Part shown: positions 35,854 to 44,562 of the stretch, one piece after another
Position numbering within the stretch: position 1 is the first letter of the stretch
Layout: each line of letters opens with the position of its first letter
NCBI GenBank assembly: GCA_963707215.1
Contig: CAVPPB010000003.1
Coordinates: 64,001-128,000, forward strand
Direction: 5' to 3'
Length of the DNA: 64,000 nt
DNA from: an uncultured Chloroflexia bacterium
Lineage (GTDB): Bacteria; Chloroflexota; Limnocylindria; Limnocylindrales; CSP1-4
The notes under the pieces: model-generated
Databases searched by the model: none
Told to the model about the DNA's origin: nothing
What the model saw: the letters and a program-made list of their open reading frames with translations, nothing else
Program-made: the position numbers and the translations under genes

Positions 35854-36295
35854 GCGGCACCCCCTCGTCGCTCGGTCCGACCCGCCCCGACGGGCCTCGA
35901 TCTTCATCCCGGTTCTGCAGGGCCACGGCCGCCCCGCGGAAGTACTCGAGCAGTCGCTCGCGGGCCGAGGTCGGCGCATCGCTCGCCTCGACGGCGCGGC
36001 GCATGTGCCAGAGCCAACGCTCGCGCGCGGTCGGCCCGATCCAGAACGGGAAGTGCCGGGCGCGCAGACGGGGGTGGCCACGCTCGAGGCTGTAGGTCGG
36101 GGGACCTCCCCAGTACTGGGCCAGGAACAGGCCGAGCCGGCGACGAGCGCCGCCGAGGTCGGCTTCTGGGTACAGGGGGCGGAGCACCTCATCAGCTTCG
36201 ACGCCGGCGTAGAACGATGCGACGAGCGCCTCGAAGAACGGCATCCCGCCGACCTCCTCGTAGAGGGACGGAGTGGTCGGGGCGTCCTGGCTCAT
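35837..36295 (-). CDS. glbO: Truncated hemoglobin, group II (GlbO-like)
   Basis: LYEEVGG..FF..LV..FY, LRPLYP, FLAQYWGGP..YS..RGHPRLRARH.PF.I, RERW. Confidence 0.9.
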   Translation of the reverse strand: MSQDAPTTPSLYEEVGGMPFFEALVASFYAGVEADEVLRPLYPEADLGGARRRLGLFLAQYWGGPPTYSLERGHPRLRARHFPFWIGPTARERWLWHMRRAVEASDAPTSARERLLEYFRGAAVALQNRDEDRGPSGRVGPSDEGVPHERAG

Positions 36296-36400
36296 GCTCC
36301 GATGCTACCTGCCCGGCCGTTGCGTCGGCGCGCCGCGGACACGGGGGGTACCCTGCATTCGAGCCATGGCCCGCCCGACGAAGCGCCCGACCCTACGCGG

Positions 36401-37186
36401 ATGAGCGACCTCCCGATCTCGGCCCTCAGCCTCATCGTGCTCGCCGTCGGGGCCCTGCTCGGTGGGCTCGCCCACCTCATCCTGCCCCGCCCTCGACGCC
36501 TGACCTGGGCCGCCACCGTCGTGGTGGCGGTCCTCGGCGCTTCGACCGTGGGCCTTGCCCTGGAGCTCTTCGGCGTCGAGGAGCGATCAGTCACCTGGCT
36601 GCTCGGCCCGGTACTGGCCGCCGTGGGCGCCGTAGGCGTCGCGGACTCGCTGAAGATCGTCCAGGAGCGGCGCCGTGGTCGAGGGGTACCCGGCGTGCCC
36701 ACCGCCCGTCTGATCGCCCAGGGCGAGGGAGACCGGGTCGAGTTCAAGTCCACGGCTCGACGGAACCTGCACACGCGGGCGCGCGACGACCGGATCGAGG
36801 CGGAGGTGGTGATCACCGTCGCCGGCTTCATGAACGCGACGGGCGGGACACTCCTGATCGGCGTGGCCGATGACGGCTCGATCCTCGGCGTGGAAGACGA
36901 GCTCGAGCTCATGCCCCGGCCCGACCGTGATGGCTTCGAGCTCTGGCTGCGCGACGCCCTGGCGAGCCGCATCGGCCGGCCTGCCACCGCCGACGTGGCC
37001 GTCACCTTCGAGTCCCTCGACGGGCGCGACGTCTGCCGGGTGGACGTCCCGCCAGCCGCAGCGCCTGCCTATGTCAACGAGGGCAAAGGGCCCAGGACGG
37101 CTGACTTCCACCTCCGGATCGGCAACACGACCCGCAAGCTCCTCACCGATGAGGTGGTCGCCTACACGGCACGCCGCTGGGACTGA
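36401..37186 (+). CDS. Membrane protein fused to a Schlafen/AlbA_2 domain
   Basis: Three N-terminal hydrophobic helices (GlsB/YeaQ-like GALLGGLA..ILP), then GEGDRVEFKS, AGFMNA.GGTLLIGVADDG, F.LR.GNTT. Confidence 0.82.
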   Translation: MSDLPISALSLIVLAVGALLGGLAHLILPRPRRLTWAATVVVAVLGASTVGLALELFGVEERSVTWLLGPVLAAVGAVGVADSLKIVQERRRGRGVPGVPTARLIAQGEGDRVEFKSTARRNLHTRARDDRIEAEVVITVAGFMNATGGTLLIGVADDGSILGVEDELELMPRPDRDGFELWLRDALASRIGRPATADVAVTFESLDGRDVCRVDVPPAAAPAYVNEGKGPRTADFHLRIGNTTRKLLTDEVVAYTARRWD

Positions 37187-37228
37187 AGCGCGCGGGGCGA
37201 CCTGCCTGGGTCGCCCCGACGTCCGGGG

Positions 37229-37549
37229 TCAGCTCTCGCGAGCCTCCTCGGCCGCCTCCTGGATCGTCTCCTCGGCAGCTCCGAGCGCTTCCTCGGCTGC
37301 CTCGGTCGCCGCTTCGGCCTCACCCTCGGCCGCCTCACGCGCCTGGGCGATCCGCTCCTCCACGACCGACTGGAGCTCCTTGAAGCGGCTCTCCAGGCGC
37401 GCTCCGAGGGCATCCATGTCGCGGTTCTGGATGTCGTTGCGGACCTGCTCGTACTCCTCCCGCAGGTCGCGGCCGGTCTGGACGGAATAGAGCACGGCAC
37501 CGGCGGCGCCGACGAGGACGCCAGCGAGGAACCCGAACGCGAATCGCAT
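37229..37549 (-). CDS. YtxH-like protein (N-terminal TM plus helical acidic tail)
   Basis: F..GFL.G.LVGAA..VLY....G.DLR pattern; AAGGAGG SD. Confidence 0.7.
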   Translation of the reverse strand: MRFAFGFLAGVLVGAAGAVLYSVQTGRDLREEYEQVRNDIQNRDMDALGARLESRFKELQSVVEERIAQAREAAEGEAEAATEAAEEALGAAEETIQEAAEEARES

Positions 37550-37820
37550 GTCAACCTCCTTGGTCGCCTCCGGTACTCGGGCGGCCGACTCGACAGCGCG
37601 CCAGGTTCGGGAGGCAGGGACAGTACCGATCATCCGACGATCGAGAAAATCCTACGCCCTCACGCCGGGCCACGGGCCTGGCGTCGCGGCGCTCGGTGCG
37701 GGTCGCCGTGCGTCAGGGGCAACAGCCATGACTCTCGTACCGTCGCTCGGACGCACCACTGGGCGTAGATTCAGCCAGACCAGACCTCTCCGACGCCCGT
37801 CGAGGTGCAGCCAGACCCTG

Positions 37821-38591
37821 ATGAACGACCTGCTGGTCCTCGTCATCGTCGTCGCCGTCGTCGCCAACGTGATCCTGATCGTCGGCGCGATCGTCTATGC
37901 CCGAAGTCGCCGGACCGCCGACGAGCCGGCCCCGGCGATGGTCGCGCCCGGCCCGGGTGGGCCCCCTCCGGGGCCGTCCCCGGAGCCCGCCCCCACGCCG
38001 AGCCTCGATTTCGTGCCGGAGCCCGCCCCGCCGCCGATCGACCGACCGGAGTCGCCCGTCCAGGAGACCGATGTGGACTCGCCCAGTAACGACCTCCCCG
38101 ATTTCCTCGACCCGCTGACCGGACTCGCCACGGCGGTCGGCTGGGAGCAGGTGCTGCTGCTCGAGGAGCGTCGACTCTCGCGGTACGGGCGACCGGCCAC
38201 GGTCGTGGTGGTGGAGCTCGACCGTCTCGACGCCCTCGCCGAGCGGCTTGGCAGTGACATCGCCGACCGACTCATCCCGGCGGTCGCCGAGACGATCCGC
38301 CGGTCATCCCGTGCCGCGGACGTGGTGGCCCGGACCGATCATGCGGTCTTCCGCGTCCTGATGCCGGAGACCGATGAGATCCGCGCGATCAACTTCGTCG
38401 AGCGTCTCCGGGAGACGTGCGACACGTGGCTGGAGGCGTCCGCGGTCGCCGTTCGGCTGGCCATCGGTTGGGCCAGCGCGGGACCCGGTGGGGACGTCAG
38501 AGCAGCCGCGAGGATCGCCACCGAGCGCATGTACGCGGACCGCTCCCGCGGTCGTCCGGCGCCGGGCCGCCCGCCGACTCTCGCCTCGTAG
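37821..38591 (+). CDS. Membrane-anchored degenerate GGDEF-domain protein
   Basis: TM, Pro-rich linker, DPLTGL, RAAD I-site, DHAVF in place of GGDEF, L.PET, A.ERMY. Confidence 0.8.
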   Translation: MNDLLVLVIVVAVVANVILIVGAIVYARSRRTADEPAPAMVAPGPGGPPPGPSPEPAPTPSLDFVPEPAPPPIDRPESPVQETDVDSPSNDLPDFLDPLTGLATAVGWEQVLLLEERRLSRYGRPATVVVVELDRLDALAERLGSDIADRLIPAVAETIRRSSRAADVVARTDHAVFRVLMPETDEIRAINFVERLRETCDTWLEASAVAVRLAIGWASAGPGGDVRAAARIATERMYADRSRGRPAPGRPPTLAS

Positions 38592-38729
38592 ATCCCGCCC
38601 GGCCCCTGGACCCGCGTCGATCCGCGGAGACCCGCGTGTCTCCGTTCCCGCGCTCGCGCGGCCCCGGTTCGCCCCGCCGGCGTCCCGGCCACTCGCGGTA
38701 CCCTAGGGCCCACCGCCCGGAGCCCGCCC

Positions 38730-39032
38730 ATGCCCGACCGACCCACCCGAGAGTACGTCCGTCTCACCAGCCTGGCGCTCGACGGAGAACCCCTGGAGAT
38801 CACCTCAGCCGAGCTGTGCAGGATCCAGCACTGGGCTGGGGATGAGCCGGCGCAGGTCGAGTGGGAGATCCGCGGGAGGACGAAGGACGAGCGACTCCGT
38901 GACGGCACCCGGGGGATCGACATGGCTGCCGGTGACCGTCGCTATCGGGGCCGGGTCATCGTCTCCAGCTCAGCGTCCGGGGGCCTGACGGTCTTTGAGA
39001 TGGTCGTCCTCGGGGACCTCGTCGAGTCCTAG
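38730..39032 (+). CDS. Hypothetical protein (100 aa, beta-rich)
   Basis: Clean ORF in an intergenic gap, with upstream TACCCT and GGAG. Confidence 0.55.
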   Translation: MPDRPTREYVRLTSLALDGEPLEITSAELCRIQHWAGDEPAQVEWEIRGRTKDERLRDGTRGIDMAAGDRRYRGRVIVSSSASGGLTVFEMVVLGDLVES

Positions 39033-39092
39033 CTGCGGGTCCGAGCGCCGCTTCTGGGATACTGGTCTGCCAGAAATCACGCGAGGGCCCAC

Positions 39093-40688
39093 ATGTTCGT
39101 CGACGCTCGGTCCCTCCCCGATGGCGCCACCCTGCATGCCGATCTCTGCATCGTGGGCGCAGGCCCGGCGGCGATCACGCTCGCTCTCGAATTGACCGGT
39201 CGAGGCCTGCGGGTCCTACTGGTCGAGAGTGGCGCCATCGAGCCCCAGATCCGCCGGAAGTACCTCGACATCGGCTCGAGCGTCGGCCACCCGTACTACA
39301 ACCTCATGTTCACCCGCGCCCGCGCCTTCGGCGGTACGAGCAGTCGGTGGCACATGCACACGCATGGCGACGAAGGCTGGATGGCCCGTCCGCTTGACCC
39401 GATCGATTTCGAGTCGCGGCCCGGCCTCCCCTGGAGTGGCTGGCCCATCGCCTACCGGGATCTCGAGCCGTACTACCGGAGAGCTCATTCGATCTCCGAC
39501 CTTGGGCCGGACACGTTCGCAGCCGACGACTGGGAGCGTCCTGGGATGCAGCGGCTACCGCTCCGGGGCTCCCACTTCGAGACGACCATCCTCCAGCGCG
39601 GGATGGCCAAGTTCTCCCGGTTCCGAGACGAGTTCGCCATCATGCCTGACGTGACGGTCCTCCACCACGCGACGGTGGTCGACATCGTTTCCGCGGGCGA
39701 GCCCCCCGCGGTCGAGCGGGTCGTCGCCGCCACGACGGCCGATCGCCGGTTCGAAGTCACCGCCCGGACGTTCGTTCTGGCGGCCGGCGGGATCGAGAAC
39801 CCCCGCCTGTTGCTGGCGAGCGTCGGGCAGCAGCCAGACGGTCTCGGTAACGGCAATGATCTCGTCGGCCGTTTCTTCATGGAGCATCTCGCTGGCCGGA
39901 TCGGCTACGTCCGTCCAGCAGACCGCGGCCTCGTCAGCTCCGGCGGACTCTACGACAGCCACCCGGAGGGATCGATCTTCATCCAGGCCGCGCTGATGCC
40001 CCGCCCCGAGGTCCTGCGAGCAGAGCGCCTCCTGAACGTCGCCTTCTTCCTTGTGCCACGAACCGAGGCGTTCGTTTCCGAGGGCGTCCGATCCCTGAAG
40101 GCTCTGATCACCTCGACCTACCGGCGGCCGATCGCCGGGAACGCCGCAAGACACGTGAGAAACGTCCTTGCCGATGCCGGATCGGTCGCACGGACGATCG
40201 CCTTCCGATTCGGCCCCGAAACCCAGCCCGATACGGTACTGGCGGTCCGAGCCCAGGCGGAACAGGCCCCGCACCGTGAGTCCCGGATCCGTCTCGGTCG
40301 GGCGCGCGACCGCTATGGCGTCCCACGTCCGGTCCTTGCCTGGAAGGTCAGTGACTCTGACATCGATTCGATCCGTCGCGCCCAGCGGATTCTCGATGTG
40401 GACCTGCGAGCCAGCGGCCTCGGCCACCTCGAGCGGATGCTCGGGGACGAAGACCCGCCCGTCGTGTTCGAGGGCGATCATCACCATATGGGCACCACGA
40501 AGATGGCAGCGGATCCGCGCGACGGCGTCGTGGACGTCGACTGCCGTGTTCACGGGGTCCGGAACCTCTATGTGGCCGGAGCATCCGTGTTCCCGACCGG
40601 AGGCTGGATGAACCCGACCCTGACGGTCGTGGCTCTCGCGGTCCGCCTGGCCGATCAGCTCAAGCAGCAGGTCACCGTGCGACCCTGA
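39093..40688 (+). CDS. GMC family FAD oxidoreductase
   Basis: DLCIVGAGPAA, R.FGGTS..W, LAAGGIENPRLLL, VGRFFMEH, HHMGTT, NPTLT..ALA.RLA. Confidence 0.9.
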   Translation: MFVDARSLPDGATLHADLCIVGAGPAAITLALELTGRGLRVLLVESGAIEPQIRRKYLDIGSSVGHPYYNLMFTRARAFGGTSSRWHMHTHGDEGWMARPLDPIDFESRPGLPWSGWPIAYRDLEPYYRRAHSISDLGPDTFAADDWERPGMQRLPLRGSHFETTILQRGMAKFSRFRDEFAIMPDVTVLHHATVVDIVSAGEPPAVERVVAATTADRRFEVTARTFVLAAGGIENPRLLLASVGQQPDGLGNGNDLVGRFFMEHLAGRIGYVRPADRGLVSSGGLYDSHPEGSIFIQAALMPRPEVLRAERLLNVAFFLVPRTEAFVSEGVRSLKALITSTYRRPIAGNAARHVRNVLADAGSVARTIAFRFGPETQPDTVLAVRAQAEQAPHRESRIRLGRARDRYGVPRPVLAWKVSDSDIDSIRRAQRILDVDLRASGLGHLERMLGDEDPPVVFEGDHHHMGTTKMAADPRDGVVDVDCRVHGVRNLYVAGASVFPTGGWMNPTLTVVALAVRLADQLKQQVTVRP

Positions 40689-40843
40689 CGGACGCCCGGA
40701 CGTACCAATCGGCTCTCACCGGCAAGATGGCTGCGGGAAGCCCCCAAGAGGCCTCTCCGGTCAATCCGAGGGCAGTCCAGGTGCGGGATGCCCACCCAGG
40801 GGGCCGCCCCTGCGCCTGCTACGCTCGTCGCCGCCGGGGCCCG

Positions 40844-41209
40844 TCAGCCCCCGATGGCGATGAACATCGGGCTGAAGTACGGAACGAGCCAGATCGCCCA
40901 GACGACCACGCTGAACTTGTGGAAGTCGCGGATCCACCGTTCGTCATGACGGGCCAGCACGATCGTCGCCCAGACCGCGTGGACCAGCATCAGCAGGATG
41001 GCCAGGACGCCGGTCACGCCGTGGACGTCGGCAGTGAGGCCCCCGGCCATGTCCAGCATCAGGCCGGTGCCCCAGGTGTCGAAGAGCAGGCCGAGCCAGA
41101 AGAAGGCCAGGTGCCAGGGCTTGAGGCGTCCCTGTAGGCGCTCACTCCAGACGCCGACGGAGTACGAGACGAGGGCCAGGGTGATGATGATCCCCGAGGT
41201 CGTGGTCAT
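40844..41209 (-). CDS. HsmA / TIGR03987-like four-TM protein
   Basis: LALV.YS.GVWSE...G.LK.WHL..FWLGL..D..GT, H...G, H..WA, FHKFS..VW.IWL.PY; GAGGAGG SD. Confidence 0.72.
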   Translation of the reverse strand: MTTTSGIIITLALVSYSVGVWSERLQGRLKPWHLAFFWLGLLFDTWGTGLMLDMAGGLTADVHGVTGVLAILLMLVHAVWATIVLARHDERWIRDFHKFSVVVWAIWLVPYFSPMFIAIGG

Positions 41210-41385
41210 GAGCCTCCTCGCGTACTGGCCGGAGCTTCGGCGCCTGCAGACCGAAGCGGGCACCTGGCGCGCATGATGCTCGGGGCATCACCGGGCACCG
41301 GGCGAGGGCCCGTTCCGCCTGAACGGTCGGGCCCATCGTCATCGCGACGGGATCGCCCTGCTAGCGCACCGGGCGCTCGGACGCC

Positions 41386-44181
41386 CTACTCTGGCTGGAC
41401 CAGTCGAACGCCGCCCGCTCTGAGCGGCAGATCGGCGAGACGCTCCCCCGTGGCGTCGGCGATCGCGTTCGCGACGGCCGGCGCGACGACCATGTTCGAG
41501 CACTCGGCCACGCCACGAAGCTGGAGGGGCGGGGGCTCTGCCGGGTCGCCGACGAGGATCGTCTCCATCTCGGGCATGTCTCGACTGCGCGGGATCCGGT
41601 ACTCCCTGAACCCCTGCGTCACGCCCGGGATGAAGTCCTCGTGGAGCGCGAAGCCAAGGCCCATCGCGATGCCGCCCTCGATCTGTCCGACGACGCCCTC
41701 CGGGAAGGCTGGGCGTCCCACGTCGTGGGCGGCGACGACTCGGAGGACCCGCACCTCGCCGGACAGGGTGTCGACCTCGACCTCGGCCATCTGGGTGCCG
41801 GTGACGTACATCGCGTACGGCTCGCCGAGGCCGCTACGTGGGTCAAAGGCCGGGACGTCGGCGTCGAACGACCCCTCGAAGCGGTTCGCCTGGCCGGCTG
41901 CGGTCCTCGCCGCGGCGACCTCTGCGAGGGAGACCCCCTTGTCGAGGGCTTCACGGGGCGCGACCCGATCGTCGACCAGCTCGAGCTCGACGAACGGGCG
42001 AGCGAGCATGGCGCCAGCCGAGCCGAGGATCGCCTCGCGCAGATCGGCGGCCGCGTTCGCCACGGCGTTGCCGACGAAGAACGTCACCCGGCTGCCGACG
42101 GTCGGTCCCGCGTCGCCGCAGGTGGCCGTGTCGCCCATCTCCACCTGGATCCGGTCCTGCGTCACGCCCAGCTCCTGGGCAGCTACCAGGCCGAGCGCGG
42201 TGGCGCTTCCCTGCCCGAGGTCCATCGCCCCTGTGCGGAGCGAGAAGGACCCGTCGGCAAGGAGTTCGAGCGTTGCGCGACCGGGTCCGCGGCCGACGGT
42301 CAGGGCAGGGTCCTGACCCGGGGCGGGCCCGCCCCCTCCACCACCGATGCCGTACCAGATGGACGCGACCCCGGCGCCCCGGCGGACGTTGGGTCGACCG
42401 GGGACCGACCGACCTGCCCGCTCCCTCGCCTCCAGCCAGTGCGGCCGGATCGCCTCGATGGTGCTGAGATAGGCCGGCTCATGTTGGAGGACCTGGCCGG
42501 ACAGCACCCGGTCGCCTTGCCGCAGGCGGTTGCGGGCCCGAAGATCCAGCGGGTCCACGCCCAGCCGCTGGGCGAGCCGATCCATCTGCGACTCGATCGC
42601 GAAGGCGACCTGCGTCGTCCCGGGTCCACGCATGCAGCCGGCCGTCGGGTTGTTCGTGTGGACCACCCGGCCGCGGAGCTCGACGTTCGGCCATCGGTAG
42701 GGTCCGGTGGCCGAGGCGAAGGTCTTGACCATGAGGCCGGGGCCGAACGACGCGTAGGCCCCGGTGTCGGCGAGGATGTCGACGTCCAGCGCGACGAGGT
42801 CTCCGGCCGAGGTCGCGCCGCTGCGACAGCGGATCCGGTAGGGGTGGCGCTTCGTCGTCGAGGCGAACGATTCCTTGCGGCTGTACACGATCCGCACCGG
42901 CCGGCCCGTTCGCCACGCGGCCAGCGCCGCCAGGCATTGGCACGAGACATCCGTCTTGCCACCGAATGCGCCGCCGACGACCGTCGGGGCGACCCGGACG
43001 CGTTCCGCCGGCAGCCCCAGCACCCGTGCGACCTCGGCGCGGTGATAGTGGGGGTACTGGGTCGCCGTCCGGACGACCAGGGTCTCCCCGTCCCACTCCG
43101 CGAGGGTCGCCTCCGGCTCAAGGTAGGCGTGCTCATTCCACGGCGTCGCGTATGTCTCCTCGACGATGACGTCCGCGTGGGCGAACCCCTCCTCCAGGTC
43201 ACCCCAACGGAGCCGGTTCTCGGCCAGCAGGTTGCCGTCCGGCTGGATCGCCGTTGCCGCGTCGGCAAGCGCCTCGTCGGGCGTGAAGACGGCCGGCAGC
43301 GACCGGTAGGTGACCTCGATCAGGTCGAGAGCCTCTGACGCCGCCGCGGCCGTCGTGGCCACCACGAGCGCGACCGGATCCCCGACCTGACGGACCCGGT
43401 CGTCGGCCAGGACCGGCTGGTCCTTGAGCCTTCGGCCGTGGCGGTTCACGCCGGGGACGTCGCCGGCCGTGAGGACCGCCACGACCCCAGGGTGCCGGCG
43501 GGCGCGCTCTGGATCGATGGCCTTGACATCGGCGTGGGCATGGGGGCTACGCAGCGCTCGGGCGTGGAGCATCCCTGCGACCGACAGGTCGGCCGCGTAG
43601 AGGGCGCGCCCGGTCGCCTTGGCCAGGGCCTCCGGCCGGACGCGTCGCCCGGGCTCGACCGAGCCGTCCCGCCCGCCGGTCGGGCTCGCAGGCAGGGCGC
43701 GTGGCGCGCCCGGCTGCCCATGGGCCACCCATTCGACCGCGTCCACGATCGCCTGGTACCCGGTACACCGACAGAGGTTGCTGCCGAGCCAACGAACGAT
43801 CCGTTCGCGATCCGGATCCGGCTCGCGCTCGAGGAGCGCGGCCGCGGCCATGATCATCCCCGGAGTGCAGAACCCGCACTGGACCGCGTCGGCCTCGACG
43901 AAGGCTTGCTGGAGTGGATGCGGGTGCTCGGGGCTGCCCAGGCCCTCGATCGTCAGCACGCTCCGCCCGGCCGCGTCGCTCGCCGACATGCGACAGGCGC
44001 GGACCACGCGCCCGTCGAGCAGCACGGCACAGGTCCCGCAGGTGCCGTCGTCGCAGCCTTCCTTCGTCCCGGTCAGGCCGAGGCTATCCCGGAGCAGCTC
44101 GAGGAGTCGCCGACCGCACTGGACGTCGACGCGGTGCTCGGCTCCGTTGACCCGCAGGGAGACCATGGTCGTTCGGTCCAT
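41386..44181 (-). CDS. Single-chain molybdenum hydroxylase (xanthine/aldehyde oxidoreductase family, 2x[2Fe-2S] plus Mo domain)
   Basis: GC..G.CG.C, QCGFCTPG, NLCRCTGY, HAYLEPE, GGAFGGK, MRGPG, GQG, GQIEGG, RGVAE. Confidence 0.9.
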   Translation of the reverse strand: MDRTTMVSLRVNGAEHRVDVQCGRRLLELLRDSLGLTGTKEGCDDGTCGTCAVLLDGRVVRACRMSASDAAGRSVLTIEGLGSPEHPHPLQQAFVEADAVQCGFCTPGMIMAAAALLEREPDPDRERIVRWLGSNLCRCTGYQAIVDAVEWVAHGQPGAPRALPASPTGGRDGSVEPGRRVRPEALAKATGRALYAADLSVAGMLHARALRSPHAHADVKAIDPERARRHPGVVAVLTAGDVPGVNRHGRRLKDQPVLADDRVRQVGDPVALVVATTAAAASEALDLIEVTYRSLPAVFTPDEALADAATAIQPDGNLLAENRLRWGDLEEGFAHADVIVEETYATPWNEHAYLEPEATLAEWDGETLVVRTATQYPHYHRAEVARVLGLPAERVRVAPTVVGGAFGGKTDVSCQCLAALAAWRTGRPVRIVYSRKESFASTTKRHPYRIRCRSGATSAGDLVALDVDILADTGAYASFGPGLMVKTFASATGPYRWPNVELRGRVVHTNNPTAGCMRGPGTTQVAFAIESQMDRLAQRLGVDPLDLRARNRLRQGDRVLSGQVLQHEPAYLSTIEAIRPHWLEARERAGRSVPGRPNVRRGAGVASIWYGIGGGGGGPAPGQDPALTVGRGPGRATLELLADGSFSLRTGAMDLGQGSATALGLVAAQELGVTQDRIQVEMGDTATCGDAGPTVGSRVTFFVGNAVANAAADLREAILGSAGAMLARPFVELELVDDRVAPREALDKGVSLAEVAAARTAAGQANRFEGSFDADVPAFDPRSGLGEPYAMYVTGTQMAEVEVDTLSGEVRVLRVVAAHDVGRPAFPEGVVGQIEGGIAMGLGFALHEDFIPGVTQGFREYRIPRSRDMPEMETILVGDPAEPPPLQLRGVAECSNMVVAPAVANAIADATGERLADLPLRAGGVRLVQPE

Positions 44182-44562
44182 CCAGCCCGTCCTCGCCGAC
44201 GCGGCACCATCGCCCGCGCATCGCTCGGCGGGCGGTGCTCCAGGGACCATCGTCAGCCATGGGAATCCGCGACCGGAGGGCCGACCGGCCCACTTCCGCC
44301 TGACCACCGGGCCTGGAGCCATCCGACCCGAGCCAAGCCCGCCGGTCCCGACCGACCCGCGGGCGTTCCACCGCAGCGACGGTGCGGCTCCCTGGACTCC
44401 TGTGCCCCGAGCAGCCTCACGAGCGCACGGTGACGACAGACAGCGTTGACAGCCGTCACCATGTCGATGTCTCGAGCTGCCGCACATCCGCGGTCCCCGG
44501 CTAACATAGCCACTCTGCTGCGGACGCCCCCGGAGCCCCCCAGCGACCAGATGGAGGACATC

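Noticed and set aside
37712-37782. c-di-GMP-I riboswitch-like words (GGGCAA...GGACGCA...AGCCAG) upstream of the GGDEF gene
   Set aside because: No GNRA-capped P2 stem, no GCAAA junction and weak pairing; would need an Rfam hit to keep.
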